Part shown: one piece after another, positions 38,466 through 48,935 of the stretch
Position numbering within the stretch: position 1 is the first letter of the stretch
How the letters are laid out: every line of letters starts with the position of its first letter
Notes under the pieces: generated by a model
Databases searched by the model: none
Seen by the model: only the letters and a program-made list of their open reading frames with translations
What the model was told of the DNA's origin: nothing
Position numbers and translations under genes: made by a program
Source of the DNA: Candidatus Cloacimonadales bacterium
GTDB taxonomy: Bacteria > Cloacimonadota > Cloacimonadia > Cloacimonadales > DAONDQ01
Reading direction: 5' to 3'
Length of the DNA: 64,000 nt
Assembly: GCA_963662275.1 (NCBI GenBank)
Contig: OY759316.1
Coordinates: 3,520,001-3,584,000 of the forward strand

Positions 38466-40742
38466 TTAGAATTTAACTACTTTACGTACAGTATGAATAG
38501 AACCTGTATTCATCATAATATAATAAATCCCTGAAGCGCATTTAGCTCCCTTCAAATCATGTCCATTCCATAGTATTTCATATGAACCAGCATGCTTGGA
38601 AGCGGAAACTAACGTATTAACACGTTGACCTTTGATATTGTATACATCAATGGTAACTCGATCATCAGTATGTAAACCATACTTGATCTGGGTAGCAATT
38701 TGGAACGGATTCGGATAAATTGCCTGGATTGATGTATCTTTCGGGGTAATGGGTATTGTTGTATGATTGACTTCGATTGAAACGGGTCCATTGAGAGAAG
38801 TTAAACCTGACAGCTCAGTGTATTGAATCCAATAATAATAAACAACATGCTCCGTACCAATTTCATCATCATTATATGAATAAGTATGAGCTTCTGAAGT
38901 ATTAGACGCTGGTATTAATTCTTGTGTCAGGCAATTTGCAGTATTGATCATGTTTTCTGTGTTTCTGAATACATGATATCCTAACAAATTAGTTTCAGTT
39001 TGAGCAACCCATGATAGTAACACATTTGTTTGCTGACTAAGCGAAGCTGTGAAGGAAGTCAATTCAACTGGCAATGTTTGGTCAACTTCAGCAAGAGTCC
39101 AATCTAAATCGCCTTCAGGACTACTCAAAAAAGAAACTCCCTGAGCGATAACATAACTATAAGATCCCTGATTATTGACATTGTATAAGCCGAAATACTC
39201 CCATGGTCCTTCACCTATTATATGTTTCCGATAATACACTTTCAATTGTGGTGAAGAAGATAAAATAGTTGGAAACGAAAAAGTGATATCAACTGTACCT
39301 TCAACGGTACCGGATGTTTGCCAAGTATGGGCAAGACCGCTAATCCCATTATAAATTGGAGCAGTGTTGCTTAGAATAACCTTTAAATCAGCAACAGTCT
39401 GAGAACCAGTAATCGAAAAATCCTTATTTAGGAGAGTCAGATCATAACCATTAAAAGACAAAGAACCGCTTGTAAAGTCTAGTGTTGTTGTGGTAACATC
39501 ATTAGGGAGTATGGCATAATTTCCCGAACCAGGATTTACATTGATCGAATTCACAACAGTTGGAATGATATCAGATGAATTTATTCCCAGGACTGCATTA
39601 ATGTTAGTCGCTCCATCACCGGATATTCCTCCATCTCCATTATAAAAGAATAGAGCTGTTCCTGTGATACTCCCGGTTACAATAAGATCGTAATTATCTA
39701 ATGTAATTGAACCATTAACAAAAACGAGATCGGTTGTTGTAACACTATTTGGCAGGATCATTGAATTTCCGACACCCGTTGTGATTGTGAGTGAAGTCAT
39801 CATCATTGGCAATGATGATGGTGTTGTTGTTGTCACCGTTACAATGGCACCAATGCCGGTTTGGGATGGTGCACCAATCCCACTATATGTAAAATATGGT
39901 GTTCCGTTTAGAATACCAAAGATAGTTAGATTGTAATTCCCAAAGTTTAACGATCCGGTTGTAAAGGAAATATTTCCGCATGAAGCTGCTGAAGTGAGGG
40001 TAACTGCATTTCTAATCGTCACTATATTGGCTGAAGATGCCGGAATGAGTGTTGCATTTATCCAAGTTGAACCATCCAGTGAAGATTCCCAGGTAGAGGT
40101 CTGATTCCAATTACCATTTGCTTTCGTACGAAAATAATCACTAGCGTTGGTTTGTCTTGTACCGGAAAGGGTCATCGTACGATTATAGAAAATTGAAGTT
40201 GAAGAGCTGGCATTCCATGCATAAACTCTGACCGTCATTGTTTGCCCATTAGTCATGTTGATAGATAAGGCGGAATTCGTGAAAGTATATGGACTTGAAC
40301 TGGTAAAAGTATAATCAGCAAGTAAAGAAGTATATGTTGAGAAACCATCAAGTGAATAGCGAATTGCACTATGCATATTAATCTGACTTGCTTGGAGTAT
40401 GATTGATAAATTGGTGATTTTGATATTTGCCGTAGCTGTTAATCTGTATTGATAATATCTTTGTTCATTCATTGAGCTGATATTCCAAGAATTTGAATTT
40501 GCTCCTGAGGCATTATATGTAATTGTAGGAACAGGTGCCGGATTACCACGTGTCAACGTAGATCCAGTAACAGAACCAACATTTACACAGCTCCCATTTG
40601 ATGTTAAAGCCCATTTTCCAGAACATGTCTGAGCATAAGCAAAGCCTGTCATGATAATGAAAATCAGAAAAACAAAAATCCCTTTCTGCTTAAAACTAAT
40701 TTTACTCAATCGTTCCTCCTCCTTTCTTAACAATGCATTCAT
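38466..40742 (-). CDS. Secreted beta-helix-like protein with LPVELTSF motif and FlgD-Ig/T9SS-like CTD; start uncertain
   Basis: Hydrophobic signal, GNW...STW, G.L....Y.L repeats, YPNPF...YNIKGQ...SGIYY. Confidence 0.85.
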   Translation of the reverse strand: MNALLRKEEERLSKISFKQKGIFVFLIFIIMTGFAYAQTCSGKWALTSNGSCVNVGSVTGSTLTRGNPAPVPTITYNASGANSNSWNISSMNEQRYYQYRLTATANIKITNLSIILQASQINMHSAIRYSLDGFSTYTSLLADYTFTSSSPYTFTNSALSINMTNGQTMTVRVYAWNASSSTSIFYNRTMTLSGTRQTNASDYFRTKANGNWNQTSTWESSLDGSTWINATLIPASSANIVTIRNAVTLTSAASCGNISFTTGSLNFGNYNLTIFGILNGTPYFTYSGIGAPSQTGIGAIVTVTTTTPSSLPMMMTSLTITTGVGNSMILPNSVTTTDLVFVNGSITLDNYDLIVTGSITGTALFFYNGDGGISGDGATNINAVLGINSSDIIPTVVNSINVNPGSGNYAILPNDVTTTTLDFTSGSLSFNGYDLTLLNKDFSITGSQTVADLKVILSNTAPIYNGISGLAHTWQTSGTVEGTVDITFSFPTILSSSPQLKVYYRKHIIGEGPWEYFGLYNVNNQGSYSYVIAQGVSFLSSPEGDLDWTLAEVDQTLPVELTSFTASLSQQTNVLLSWVAQTETNLLGYHVFRNTENMINTANCLTQELIPASNTSEAHTYSYNDDEIGTEHVVYYYWIQYTELSGLTSLNGPVSIEVNHTTIPITPKDTSIQAIYPNPFQIATQIKYGLHTDDRVTIDVYNIKGQRVNTLVSASKHAGSYEILWNGHDLKGAKCASGIYYIMMNTGSIHTVRKVVKF

Positions 40743-41113
40743 GTTTTTTGCCTAACAGAATCATATGAAAATCAATCTCATAATATATTCATAATTGATA
40801 AAAATCAAAATTAATTTGTCAATTATTATGTAAAGCTATTTCTATAAATGCGCAAAATACTAGATATCATATTGTTGAGTTTGTTTTAGAAAATCTTGTA
40901 ATCTAGATATTATTGGAAATAAAGAAAGAAAATTCTATTGTGCGAAATTCGGAATACAAATGAAGAATAGAGACTGAAGAATGAAGCAACCAAACAGCCC
41001 AAGAATCGTTCATTCGGGTGTTAGTGTCAAAATCGGGCTACTTGCCTCTTACATTCTGGTCATTTCAAAGTCATCTTGGCAAGTTGAACTCCAAGAGTTC
41101 TCAGATAAATGCT

Positions 41114-44100
41114 CTATGGCAGTGACCTTGCTAAACGGAAGCCCAGGAAGTAGTTTCGATCGTTCTGTAAATAAGTATAACGAGCAGAAACTCTACAATA
41201 TTCAATACTACTATCCCAGCATCCACCACGGAAAACTTTCAAGTGTTCAGGAGGCATGATTGGTCCGGTTGGGTTTTGAACGGGACTTATACTATAATAA
41301 TCAGCATTATACCAGTCCCAGCACCATTCGCAAACATTTCCGCTCATATCAAAAGCACCCAATTCGTTCCACAGTTTCTGACCTATAGGATGTGTAGTAC
41401 CATCAGCATTTCCCACATACCAGGCAGCAGCCCCAATGTTTTGATAGGCTGTTTCATCTGGTCCCCAAACACCGCTAAATTTTGCTTCATGAATAGGGTC
41501 ACCCATAATTCCGAACCTTCCTCCTTTCGCAGCAAATTCCCATTCTGCTTCTGTAGGTAATCTGTAGCCCCCATATACCCTTGGTCTAAAATCGCAGGTA
41601 AAGCCATTATTAAAGGTCTCATGATTCCAGTCTAATACAGGTGTCCATACATCAGGATCTTGAGTTTGATGAACAACACCCAATGTATCTGTCCATGTAA
41701 AAGTATAACATTGCAGCAGTCCTTCTGCTTCACTTCTTTTATTGCAGTAAGCAAGTGCTTCATACCAACTGACTCTCTCAACAGGTCTATCTGATCTACC
41801 TACAAAAAAGGAAGGATTGAATCCCATAGTGGCATAGAATTCAGATTGTGAGACTTCATTCCTACCAATGTAATAATCATCAGTTAAAGTCACAGGATGA
41901 CGTAATCCATCTTGATCACTAGGTCCAAAAAGATATGTGTCTCCCATCGTGAAAGATCCATGTTGAACAAATACCATACCTGGTACGGAAAACACAGCAA
42001 TCTCATAAGCAGCCGTAATGATTGGACTCGGATCCATATTATCAAAATAAGCTCTCGCTTTCAAGACTGTTGTAGAAGACACAGTAAAAGGAGTCGTATA
42101 TAAATTGGATGCTTCGGTAGGAGTGGAACCATTTGTAGTATATCGAATCTCAGCTCCATGGGTAGCACAAGATATCGAGACAGAGATTGGCTGTTCATAC
42201 CGTATAGGATGCTGTGGGTCAGGTCCTCCAGGATAATTGAATACTGGGCTCGCAATGTCAATTGTATAGGATGCAGTAACAACCTGGCTTGGATCCATTT
42301 GACCCCAGAAAGCTTTTGCTTTGATCGTAGTGGTACTCGCGATAATGAAAGGAGAAACATATAGCGTAGATGAAGCAGTAGGGTTGCTTCCGTTTGTCGT
42401 ATATCGAATCTGGGCACCATCCGTTGGGCAGGACATGGAAATTGTTTGAGGTGTTCCATAGCTGTCTGAAGATGGCAAAATAACCGGATCTAAAACAGTT
42501 AAGGTATAAACAGCAGAAACAATCAGGCTTGAATCACCACCCTGGTTGAAAGCAATTGCCTTCAAGGTTGTCGTTCTCGTGATTTGAATTGGACTAGAAT
42601 ATAAAGCTGAATTCATGGTAGGTTCCGTGCCATTTGTTGTATACCTGATTTGCGATCCGACAGTTGCGCAGCTTAAGACCACAGATTGGGGTGTATCAAA
42701 TGTACCTCCGGCAGGCTCAAAGATTGGCTCAGCAACCGTTAATGTATAGACGGCTATAGCAATCAGACTTGAGTCTCCAATACGTAAACTTGACTTTGCC
42801 TTTGTGCTTATACCGACATCGCCTGTACTTGAGCTAGTAATTTTTGTCCTTGAGGCAGCATTGTTTTGAACTGCTTTTTCTCTTGTGACTGCCACTCCTC
42901 CCTGGTTGAAGGCAATAGCTTTTAACGTTGTTGATCCAACTATCTGTATTGGATCAGTATATAAAGTAGAAGTGACATTGGGTTCATTACCGTCAGTTGT
43001 ATATCTTATTTCTGCCCCTATCGTTGCACATGAAATCCTAACTGTTTGTGCTGAGCCATAAGTTCCACCGATGGGATTGAATGTAGGTTCAGCTACTGTG
43101 AGGTTATAAACACCAATACCAATAAGACTTGCGTCACCACCCTGGTTGAACGCAATTGCCCTTATTGTTGTTGAGCCAAGCACTTGTATAGGATTAGTAT
43201 ATAGTGTTGATGTAACATTAGGTTCATTTCCATTTGTAGTATATCTGATTGTTGTGTTAGGTGTGACACAGTGAATGCTAACTGTTTGGGTAGCACCATA
43301 AGTACCACTACCGGGATTGAAAGTAGGTTCAGCCACCGTAAACGAATAGACAGCAGTAACGACATGGCTTGGATCCATCACTCCAGAGAATGCTTTTGCT
43401 TTCAAGGTAGTAGTGCCATTGACAATGATTGGATCTGAATATAGGCTTGATGATGCAGTAGGATTACTGCCATTGGTTGTATATCTGATCTGCGCACCTT
43501 CTGTAGCGGACGTAATGGTAACAGATTGAGGTTGGGTATAGGAACCGGAAGGCAATTCAAAAACTGGATCAGACACTGTTAATGAATAAGCAGCAGAAGC
43601 AATCGAACTTGCATCCCCACCTTGGTTGAACGCAATCGCCTTGATTGTCGTAGTTCCCAGTACTGGTATAGGAGCTGTATATGTAGTAGAAGAACTGATA
43701 GGGTCATCGCCATTCGTAGTATACCTGATTGTTGAGCCAACAGTCGTGCATCTGATGGAAACTAATTTAGTTGAATTATAAGAACCAGCTACGGGCGTAA
43801 AAGTTGGTTCTGCCACTGTCAGAGTATAGTTTGCCAAAGCGATCAGGCTTGTATCTCCACCTTGATTGAAGGCAATCGCTTTTAAGGTTGTTGATCCAAC
43901 TATGTTAATTGGACCTGTATATAAAGTTGAAGAAATAATGGGTTCATCACCATTGGTTGTATATCTGATTGTCGTGCTGGGAGTCGTACAAGAGATACGA
44001 ACTGATTGTGGTGCACCATAAGTACCACCGACAGGATTGAAAGTCGGTTCTGCAACAGAAAATGAATAGACAGAAGTCACAACCTGGCTTGGTTCCATTT

Positions 44101-45997
44101 CACCATAGAAAGCTCGCGCCTTGATTGTCGTCGTTCCTGATACGCTTATTGGCGCAGAATACAAATTTGATGCAGGGGTAGGGTTCGTACCATTGGTTGA
44201 ATATCGAATCTGAGCACCTGCGGTAGCTGAGGTAATGGTCACAGATTGCGGTGTGTTATAGGAGCCTGCAGGCAGATCAAAAGCTGGGTCAGCTACAGTT
44301 AATGTATAGACGGCAATACCTATCAGACTTGCATCTCCACCTTGATTGAAGGCGATAGCCCTGATAGTTGTCGTTCCTAGTATTTGTACTGGATCCGAAT
44401 ATAAAGTTGAATAGATAGTAGGTTCATCGCCATTCGTCGTGTATCTTATTTGTGAACCTGCAGTCGAGCATCTGATGGTGACTAATTTGGTTATGTTATA
44501 AGAACCACCGGCTGGACTGAAAGTCGGTTCAGCCACTGTTAATGTATAGATGGCAATCGCTATCAGGCTTGAATCCCTGCCTCTACTGTTTGATTTAGTC
44601 TTTATACTTGCAACATTACCGCGACTGAGTGTTGTAGTTTTTTCACTTGAGACATCACCTTTACTGAGAGATTTCCCCTTTACATTTGAAACACTACTTT
44701 TTGCATGTGTTTTAACCAGTACACTGGATACACCACCTTGGTTGAAGGCAATCGCCCTGATAGTTGTCGATCCCAATATTTGTATGGGTCCGGTATATAA
44801 AGTTGATGAGATCGTAGGTTCATCACCGTTCGTTGTATACCGAATCTCAGTATCAACCGTTGTACATGATATTCTAACCGTTTGTGTAGAGCCATAGGTA
44901 CCGCCAACAGGATTGAAAGTCGGTTCAGCCACCGTTAATGTATAAACAGCAATACCAATCAGACTTGAATCCCCGCCTTGGTTGAAGGCAATCGCCCTGA
45001 TAGTTGTCGAGCCGAGGATTCGTATGGGACCTGTATATAACGTCGATGTGATCGTAGGTTCATCACCATTTGCCGTATATCTGATCACCGATCCTTGAGT
45101 CACACATGATATGCTTACAGTTTGTGTCCCGCCATAAGTACCACCTGGAAGACTAAAAGTCGGTTCTGCTACGTTGAATGAATAAACAGCAGAAACGATT
45201 TGGCTTGAATTCCAACCTTGCTTGAATGCTCTCACCTTCAAAGTAGTTGTTCCCAGAATACTGATCGGATTTGAATATAAAGTTGAATTAACAGTTGGAT
45301 CGATACCATCTGTAGTGTATCTTAATTCGCTCCCGGGAGTTGCACAAGCTAAACTAACAGATTGGGGCGTGCTATACGAACCACTGACAAGGCTGATCGT
45401 TGGATTATCCACTGTTAATGAGTATAGAGAAGTCATTATTTGACTTGGATTTAAACCCGCTTTGAATGCTTTTGCCTTTAACGTTGTCGATACCTGAATA
45501 TCTATTTCACCTGTATATAAAGTAGAAGCAAAATTAGGGACCATTCCATTTGTAGTGTATCTAATTTCTGCATCGAGAGTGGTACATGAAATACTGACAA
45601 CTTGAGGGGTATTATAATTTCCGCCTGCTGGTTGGAAAGTAGGGTCAGCCACGTCAGTCACTGATGTAATAATATAACTAGCAGAAGCTGTGAGACTTGT
45701 ATTCCAATCTTCTTTAAATGCTACTGCCTTTAAAGTTACTGCTTCCGTGATTTTTATTGCTCCAGTGTAAGGCATGGATGTCACTACCGGTTCTGTCCCA
45801 TCAATAGTATATCTAATTTCAGCACCGTAGGTTGAACAGGAAATAGTTACCATCTGTTGATGAGCATATGTACCCGAAGCTAAACTGATAACGGGAGTAG
45901 CTATTGTATAGATTTCAGGCTCTGTGGTCTTATGACTGCAACTGACAAGTGTAAAAAGCAGTAAAATACAATAAACAATCCATGTCATTTTTTTCAT
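41114..45997 (-). CDS. Lipoprotein adhesin: 15 Fn3-associated/CHB_HEX_C-like Ig repeats and a C-terminal FGE-sulfatase domain
   Basis: Lipobox LVSC; 15 occurrences of RY(T/S)..G..P; GYRLPTEAEWEFAA, DMSGNV.EWCWD, GFRLAR. Confidence 0.9.
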   Translation of the reverse strand: MKKMTWIVYCILLLFTLVSCSHKTTEPEIYTIATPVISLASGTYAHQQMVTISCSTYGAEIRYTIDGTEPVVTSMPYTGAIKITEAVTLKAVAFKEDWNTSLTASASYIITSVTDVADPTFQPAGGNYNTPQVVSISCTTLDAEIRYTTNGMVPNFASTLYTGEIDIQVSTTLKAKAFKAGLNPSQIMTSLYSLTVDNPTISLVSGSYSTPQSVSLACATPGSELRYTTDGIDPTVNSTLYSNPISILGTTTLKVRAFKQGWNSSQIVSAVYSFNVAEPTFSLPGGTYGGTQTVSISCVTQGSVIRYTANGDEPTITSTLYTGPIRILGSTTIRAIAFNQGGDSSLIGIAVYTLTVAEPTFNPVGGTYGSTQTVRISCTTVDTEIRYTTNGDEPTISSTLYTGPIQILGSTTIRAIAFNQGGVSSVLVKTHAKSSVSNVKGKSLSKGDVSSEKTTTLSRGNVASIKTKSNSRGRDSSLIAIAIYTLTVAEPTFSPAGGSYNITKLVTIRCSTAGSQIRYTTNGDEPTIYSTLYSDPVQILGTTTIRAIAFNQGGDASLIGIAVYTLTVADPAFDLPAGSYNTPQSVTITSATAGAQIRYSTNGTNPTPASNLYSAPISVSGTTTIKARAFYGEMEPSQVVTSVYSFSVAEPTFNPVGGTYGAPQSVRISCTTPSTTIRYTTNGDEPIISSTLYTGPINIVGSTTLKAIAFNQGGDTSLIALANYTLTVAEPTFTPVAGSYNSTKLVSIRCTTVGSTIRYTTNGDDPISSSTTYTAPIPVLGTTTIKAIAFNQGGDASSIASAAYSLTVSDPVFELPSGSYTQPQSVTITSATEGAQIRYTTNGSNPTASSSLYSDPIIVNGTTTLKAKAFSGVMDPSHVVTAVYSFTVAEPTFNPGSGTYGATQTVSIHCVTPNTTIRYTTNGNEPNVTSTLYTNPIQVLGSTTIRAIAFNQGGDASLIGIGVYNLTVAEPTFNPIGGTYGSAQTVRISCATIGAEIRYTTDGNEPNVTSTLYTDPIQIVGSTTLKAIAFNQGGVAVTREKAVQNNAASRTKITSSSTGDVGISTKAKSSLRIGDSSLIAIAVYTLTVAEPIFEPAGGTFDTPQSVVLSCATVGSQIRYTTNGTEPTMNSALYSSPIQITRTTTLKAIAFNQGGDSSLIVSAVYTLTVLDPVILPSSDSYGTPQTISMSCPTDGAQIRYTTNGSNPTASSTLYVSPFIIASTTTIKAKAFWGQMDPSQVVTASYTIDIASPVFNYPGGPDPQHPIRYEQPISVSISCATHGAEIRYTTNGSTPTEASNLYTTPFTVSSTTVLKARAYFDNMDPSPIITAAYEIAVFSVPGMVFVQHGSFTMGDTYLFGPSDQDGLRHPVTLTDDYYIGRNEVSQSEFYATMGFNPSFFVGRSDRPVERVSWYEALAYCNKRSEAEGLLQCYTFTWTDTLGVVHQTQDPDVWTPVLDWNHETFNNGFTCDFRPRVYGGYRLPTEAEWEFAAKGGRFGIMGDPIHEAKFSGVWGPDETAYQNIGAAAWYVGNADGTTHPIGQKLWNELGAFDMSGNVCEWCWDWYNADYYSISPVQNPTGPIMPPEHLKVFRGGCWDSSIEYCRVSARYTYLQNDRNYFLGFRLARSLP

Positions 45998-46050
45998 TCG
46001 ATTCTCCTAAAAAAGCGGATTATGTAAAAGTATATAAGTCATGATTTCAA

Positions 46051-48063
46051 CTAGAATCTATAACCGAGAGAGACTGTTGAAGAATAGAGTTGAAAATCAG
46101 AATTCGTCATCGTATCACTAAGATCATTGATATTGAAATCAAATCGAAAATCAAGAGACCATTCATTCTTGCCAATATCCCATTGGTATAAATCGTTTAA
46201 CTTCCATCCAAATCCAACAATGAAGCCGTACTTTAGATTAAGCATGTCATCTGTAGCTGTGGATATTTTCTTATAAATAAAAGAATGGTAGTTATCAGTA
46301 TCGTTTTGGCTGTCTAAAACCAGTTGATTCATATCATCTTCTAAATCATCCAATCTCGGACTCCGATTATTTTTATGATTCATCAGGAAAGAGAAGGAAG
46401 GTCCTACATAACTGAAAACGCTGAATTTTTTTGTCCTTTTTTCAGTGTATCGAGAAATGTTTTGCTGAAGCATGAGAAGAATTGGTACAGTCACATAATC
46501 TAACTGTGTGTCCACATATCCGGTTAAGGAATGATTAAATAAACTGACTACAATTGAGTCACTATTATATTCAATAAAATCCGGATATTGATTATCAAAG
46601 GAATAGCTATAACTATATCGTTGCCAGAGAATTTCCGGTTGTAGTAGAATAGTTGTTGCAGCTTGGTGCATAGGGAATGAAAAGAATAGACCCAAGTTCT
46701 GGGATGTTCCAATACTGCCGTGTTTCGAAGTATTTGTGTATCGCCCCATGGGGTGGAGTGATTGATCAGAATCTTGAATGTAAAATTCATATCGTAGCTT
46801 ATAATTCAATTCATTACCCCATATTGAACCGACTCCAGCCCCATATTTCATACCCCAGTTAAATGTCTGAGGTGATGGCTTGTTATCAGAAGATTCAGCT
46901 TTTGTATTATCTGGCACAATCTGAGGTATCTCTTGAATACTATCCATATAATTAAAGACTTTTTCTTTCTCCGGGCTGGAAGAATTTCCTATAACCATGC
47001 GGTCTTTAGCAGAACCAACGATTTCGGCTTTTATGATAATAACCATTTCTTTTTCAGTTTTGGTGATTTTATCATATCCTGTTAGAAACCTGATTCCAAA
47101 TACCCACCAGGGAAGATCTTTCAAAAGTGGTATTCCACCCCTTTCCCTGGTATCTTCCGTATCATACAAACCACCAATTACAGTTTCCTCACCATCAAAC
47201 ATCACCAGATCAGTTGTGGATTGACTTTTATTAATGATGGTTGTAATATCTCCGGGAACAGCGGAACTACGTTCCACCCGTGCAATCAGATGAATTGCTT
47301 CTTTTCCTGAATCCGTAATAATTATAGGCATTACATCCATAATTACACCTGTGGAATAGAATTTATCGGTAACATTACCTGCTTCATCTTTCTGCTTCAC
47401 GGAGAAGTCCTGTCCTACTTGAATATAACCTCTTTTACCGGAAGCTACAACAAGAGTAGGTTTTGCGATAACGGAACCTTTCTGATTGGTTTCAATAACC
47501 TTCAAAACCGTGCTGACATCAATCCGCTGCTGTCCGGTTGCCCACCCTTTCGAAAAACCACTGTTCATTAGCGAAGAAGGAACGCCCACAGCACCATTGA
47601 AATTAAAATTAGCTGTCACTTTTCCTTTCAGCAACGTACTCCAGTCTATCCCTAAAGCGTTTAAAAAAGACTTATCTGCAACAAATGCAATGGAACTGAT
47701 CCTTACTTGTTCAGTATTCAATGTTACATCTTCATTCGTCTTTTCAATAGAAATAGGAGATTTTACGATGACAACACCATTTTGTTCATCAATGATCAAA
47801 CCTTGTTTCAGTGCGATTAAATCCAGAGCCTGCTTCCAAGTTAACTGATGAATTGGAATACCAATCGGATCATTGCTATTACTTAAATTCATTAATTTTC
47901 GCCCTGTATATTTCACTGATAAGGTCTCTAGTGCTTGCAAAGCACTATTAAGAGGCATATCATCTGTCAGAGAAATCGTCTCTTCCTGACCTGGTTCAAT
48001 CGCTAAGATAGAAATAGGTAGCATCATGACGAAAAGCAGAACTAGAAATATGAAGTGTTTCAT
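46051..48063 (-). CDS. pilQ: PilQ-like secretin fused to a C-terminal outer-membrane beta-barrel
   Basis: LGIDW, DGEETVIGGL, GIPLLKDLP; after a linker, WGMKYG...LQPEILW...LDYVTVP...GPSFSF...SLGYRF. Confidence 0.8.
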   Translation of the reverse strand: MKHFIFLVLLFVMMLPISILAIEPGQEETISLTDDMPLNSALQALETLSVKYTGRKLMNLSNSNDPIGIPIHQLTWKQALDLIALKQGLIIDEQNGVVIVKSPISIEKTNEDVTLNTEQVRISSIAFVADKSFLNALGIDWSTLLKGKVTANFNFNGAVGVPSSLMNSGFSKGWATGQQRIDVSTVLKVIETNQKGSVIAKPTLVVASGKRGYIQVGQDFSVKQKDEAGNVTDKFYSTGVIMDVMPIIITDSGKEAIHLIARVERSSAVPGDITTIINKSQSTTDLVMFDGEETVIGGLYDTEDTRERGGIPLLKDLPWWVFGIRFLTGYDKITKTEKEMVIIIKAEIVGSAKDRMVIGNSSSPEKEKVFNYMDSIQEIPQIVPDNTKAESSDNKPSPQTFNWGMKYGAGVGSIWGNELNYKLRYEFYIQDSDQSLHPMGRYTNTSKHGSIGTSQNLGLFFSFPMHQAATTILLQPEILWQRYSYSYSFDNQYPDFIEYNSDSIVVSLFNHSLTGYVDTQLDYVTVPILLMLQQNISRYTEKRTKKFSVFSYVGPSFSFLMNHKNNRSPRLDDLEDDMNQLVLDSQNDTDNYHSFIYKKISTATDDMLNLKYGFIVGFGWKLNDLYQWDIGKNEWSLDFRFDFNINDLSDTMTNSDFQLYSSTVSLGYRF

Positions 48064-48935
48064 TGGTTTTCCTTTTTTATAGACAATGTGATATCTTCAA
48101 CAACACCGGTCGTGTTGATTTTGAATTTTACCGTTTCATTTCGATTATCGATACTGGCAAGCCAACCATTTTTCACTCTATCGCCTTGTGATAGTATTCT
48201 GATTATGCCATTAGGATCTTTCATGAATATCCGATTCGCTGTCATTCCAATTAATCTCGCTTGGTAAATATCGATCAAAGATGAATATTCTATCTTGATA
48301 TCCGCTGTTGGTGCATAGATTTTCATTCTGAAAGTACTTGGATAGGGAGATGGAGATTTGGTAGGTTTCAATTGAATCAAATCGGCTGTTGTTCCCAATG
48401 AGTCATAATACGCATCAAAAACTAAAGTAAAACTCACGGAATCACTATTTTCAACATTATCTGACATAATTGCCAGACTTTCCACTGTATATAGTGCTCT
48501 TTGCTGTTCCACCTGATTGACGAAGTTATACATATTTTTATAAGTTGCCCTACCTGTAACGATATATTCGTTATAATTTGTTGTCTTTATTTTCCCGTTA
48601 CGTGAGTAGCTAAAATCAAAAATAATATCCGTACTTATATAGTTACAAATTTTTAACAGATACTGAAAGGTAATGGGTGATGTATCCTGCAACATAATCA
48701 GTTTGTCTGCTGTGAGCATTTTTTGCATTTCCTGGGATTGCTTATCAGCGGTGGGCATGTTCAATAAAAAATTCTTTAAACTATCAACTGAAGTACTTAC
48801 CGTCTCATTTTTCTTTTTAAGTTTAAGTGATATTTTTGTCATTCTCATTTGTGTAACAAAACTGACAACAAATAATAGAATTAGAAGAAACAACAAAACA
48901 ATCGTATTACGGAGGGTATTACTCATAAATCTCAT
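48060..48935 (-). CDS. PilO-like (plus probable PilP-like) assembly protein
   Basis: TM, coiled coil, G.Y...YNFV..VE PilO-like segment, LIG...L..GD.V..G.L..I C-terminal domain; locus context. Confidence 0.65.
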   Translation of the reverse strand: MRFMSNTLRNTIVLLFLLILLFVVSFVTQMRMTKISLKLKKKNETVSTSVDSLKNFLLNMPTADKQSQEMQKMLTADKLIMLQDTSPITFQYLLKICNYISTDIIFDFSYSRNGKIKTTNYNEYIVTGRATYKNMYNFVNQVEQQRALYTVESLAIMSDNVENSDSVSFTLVFDAYYDSLGTTADLIQLKPTKSPSPYPSTFRMKIYAPTADIKIEYSSLIDIYQARLIGMTANRIFMKDPNGIIRILSQGDRVKNGWLASIDNRNETVKFKINTTGVVEDITLSIKKENQ

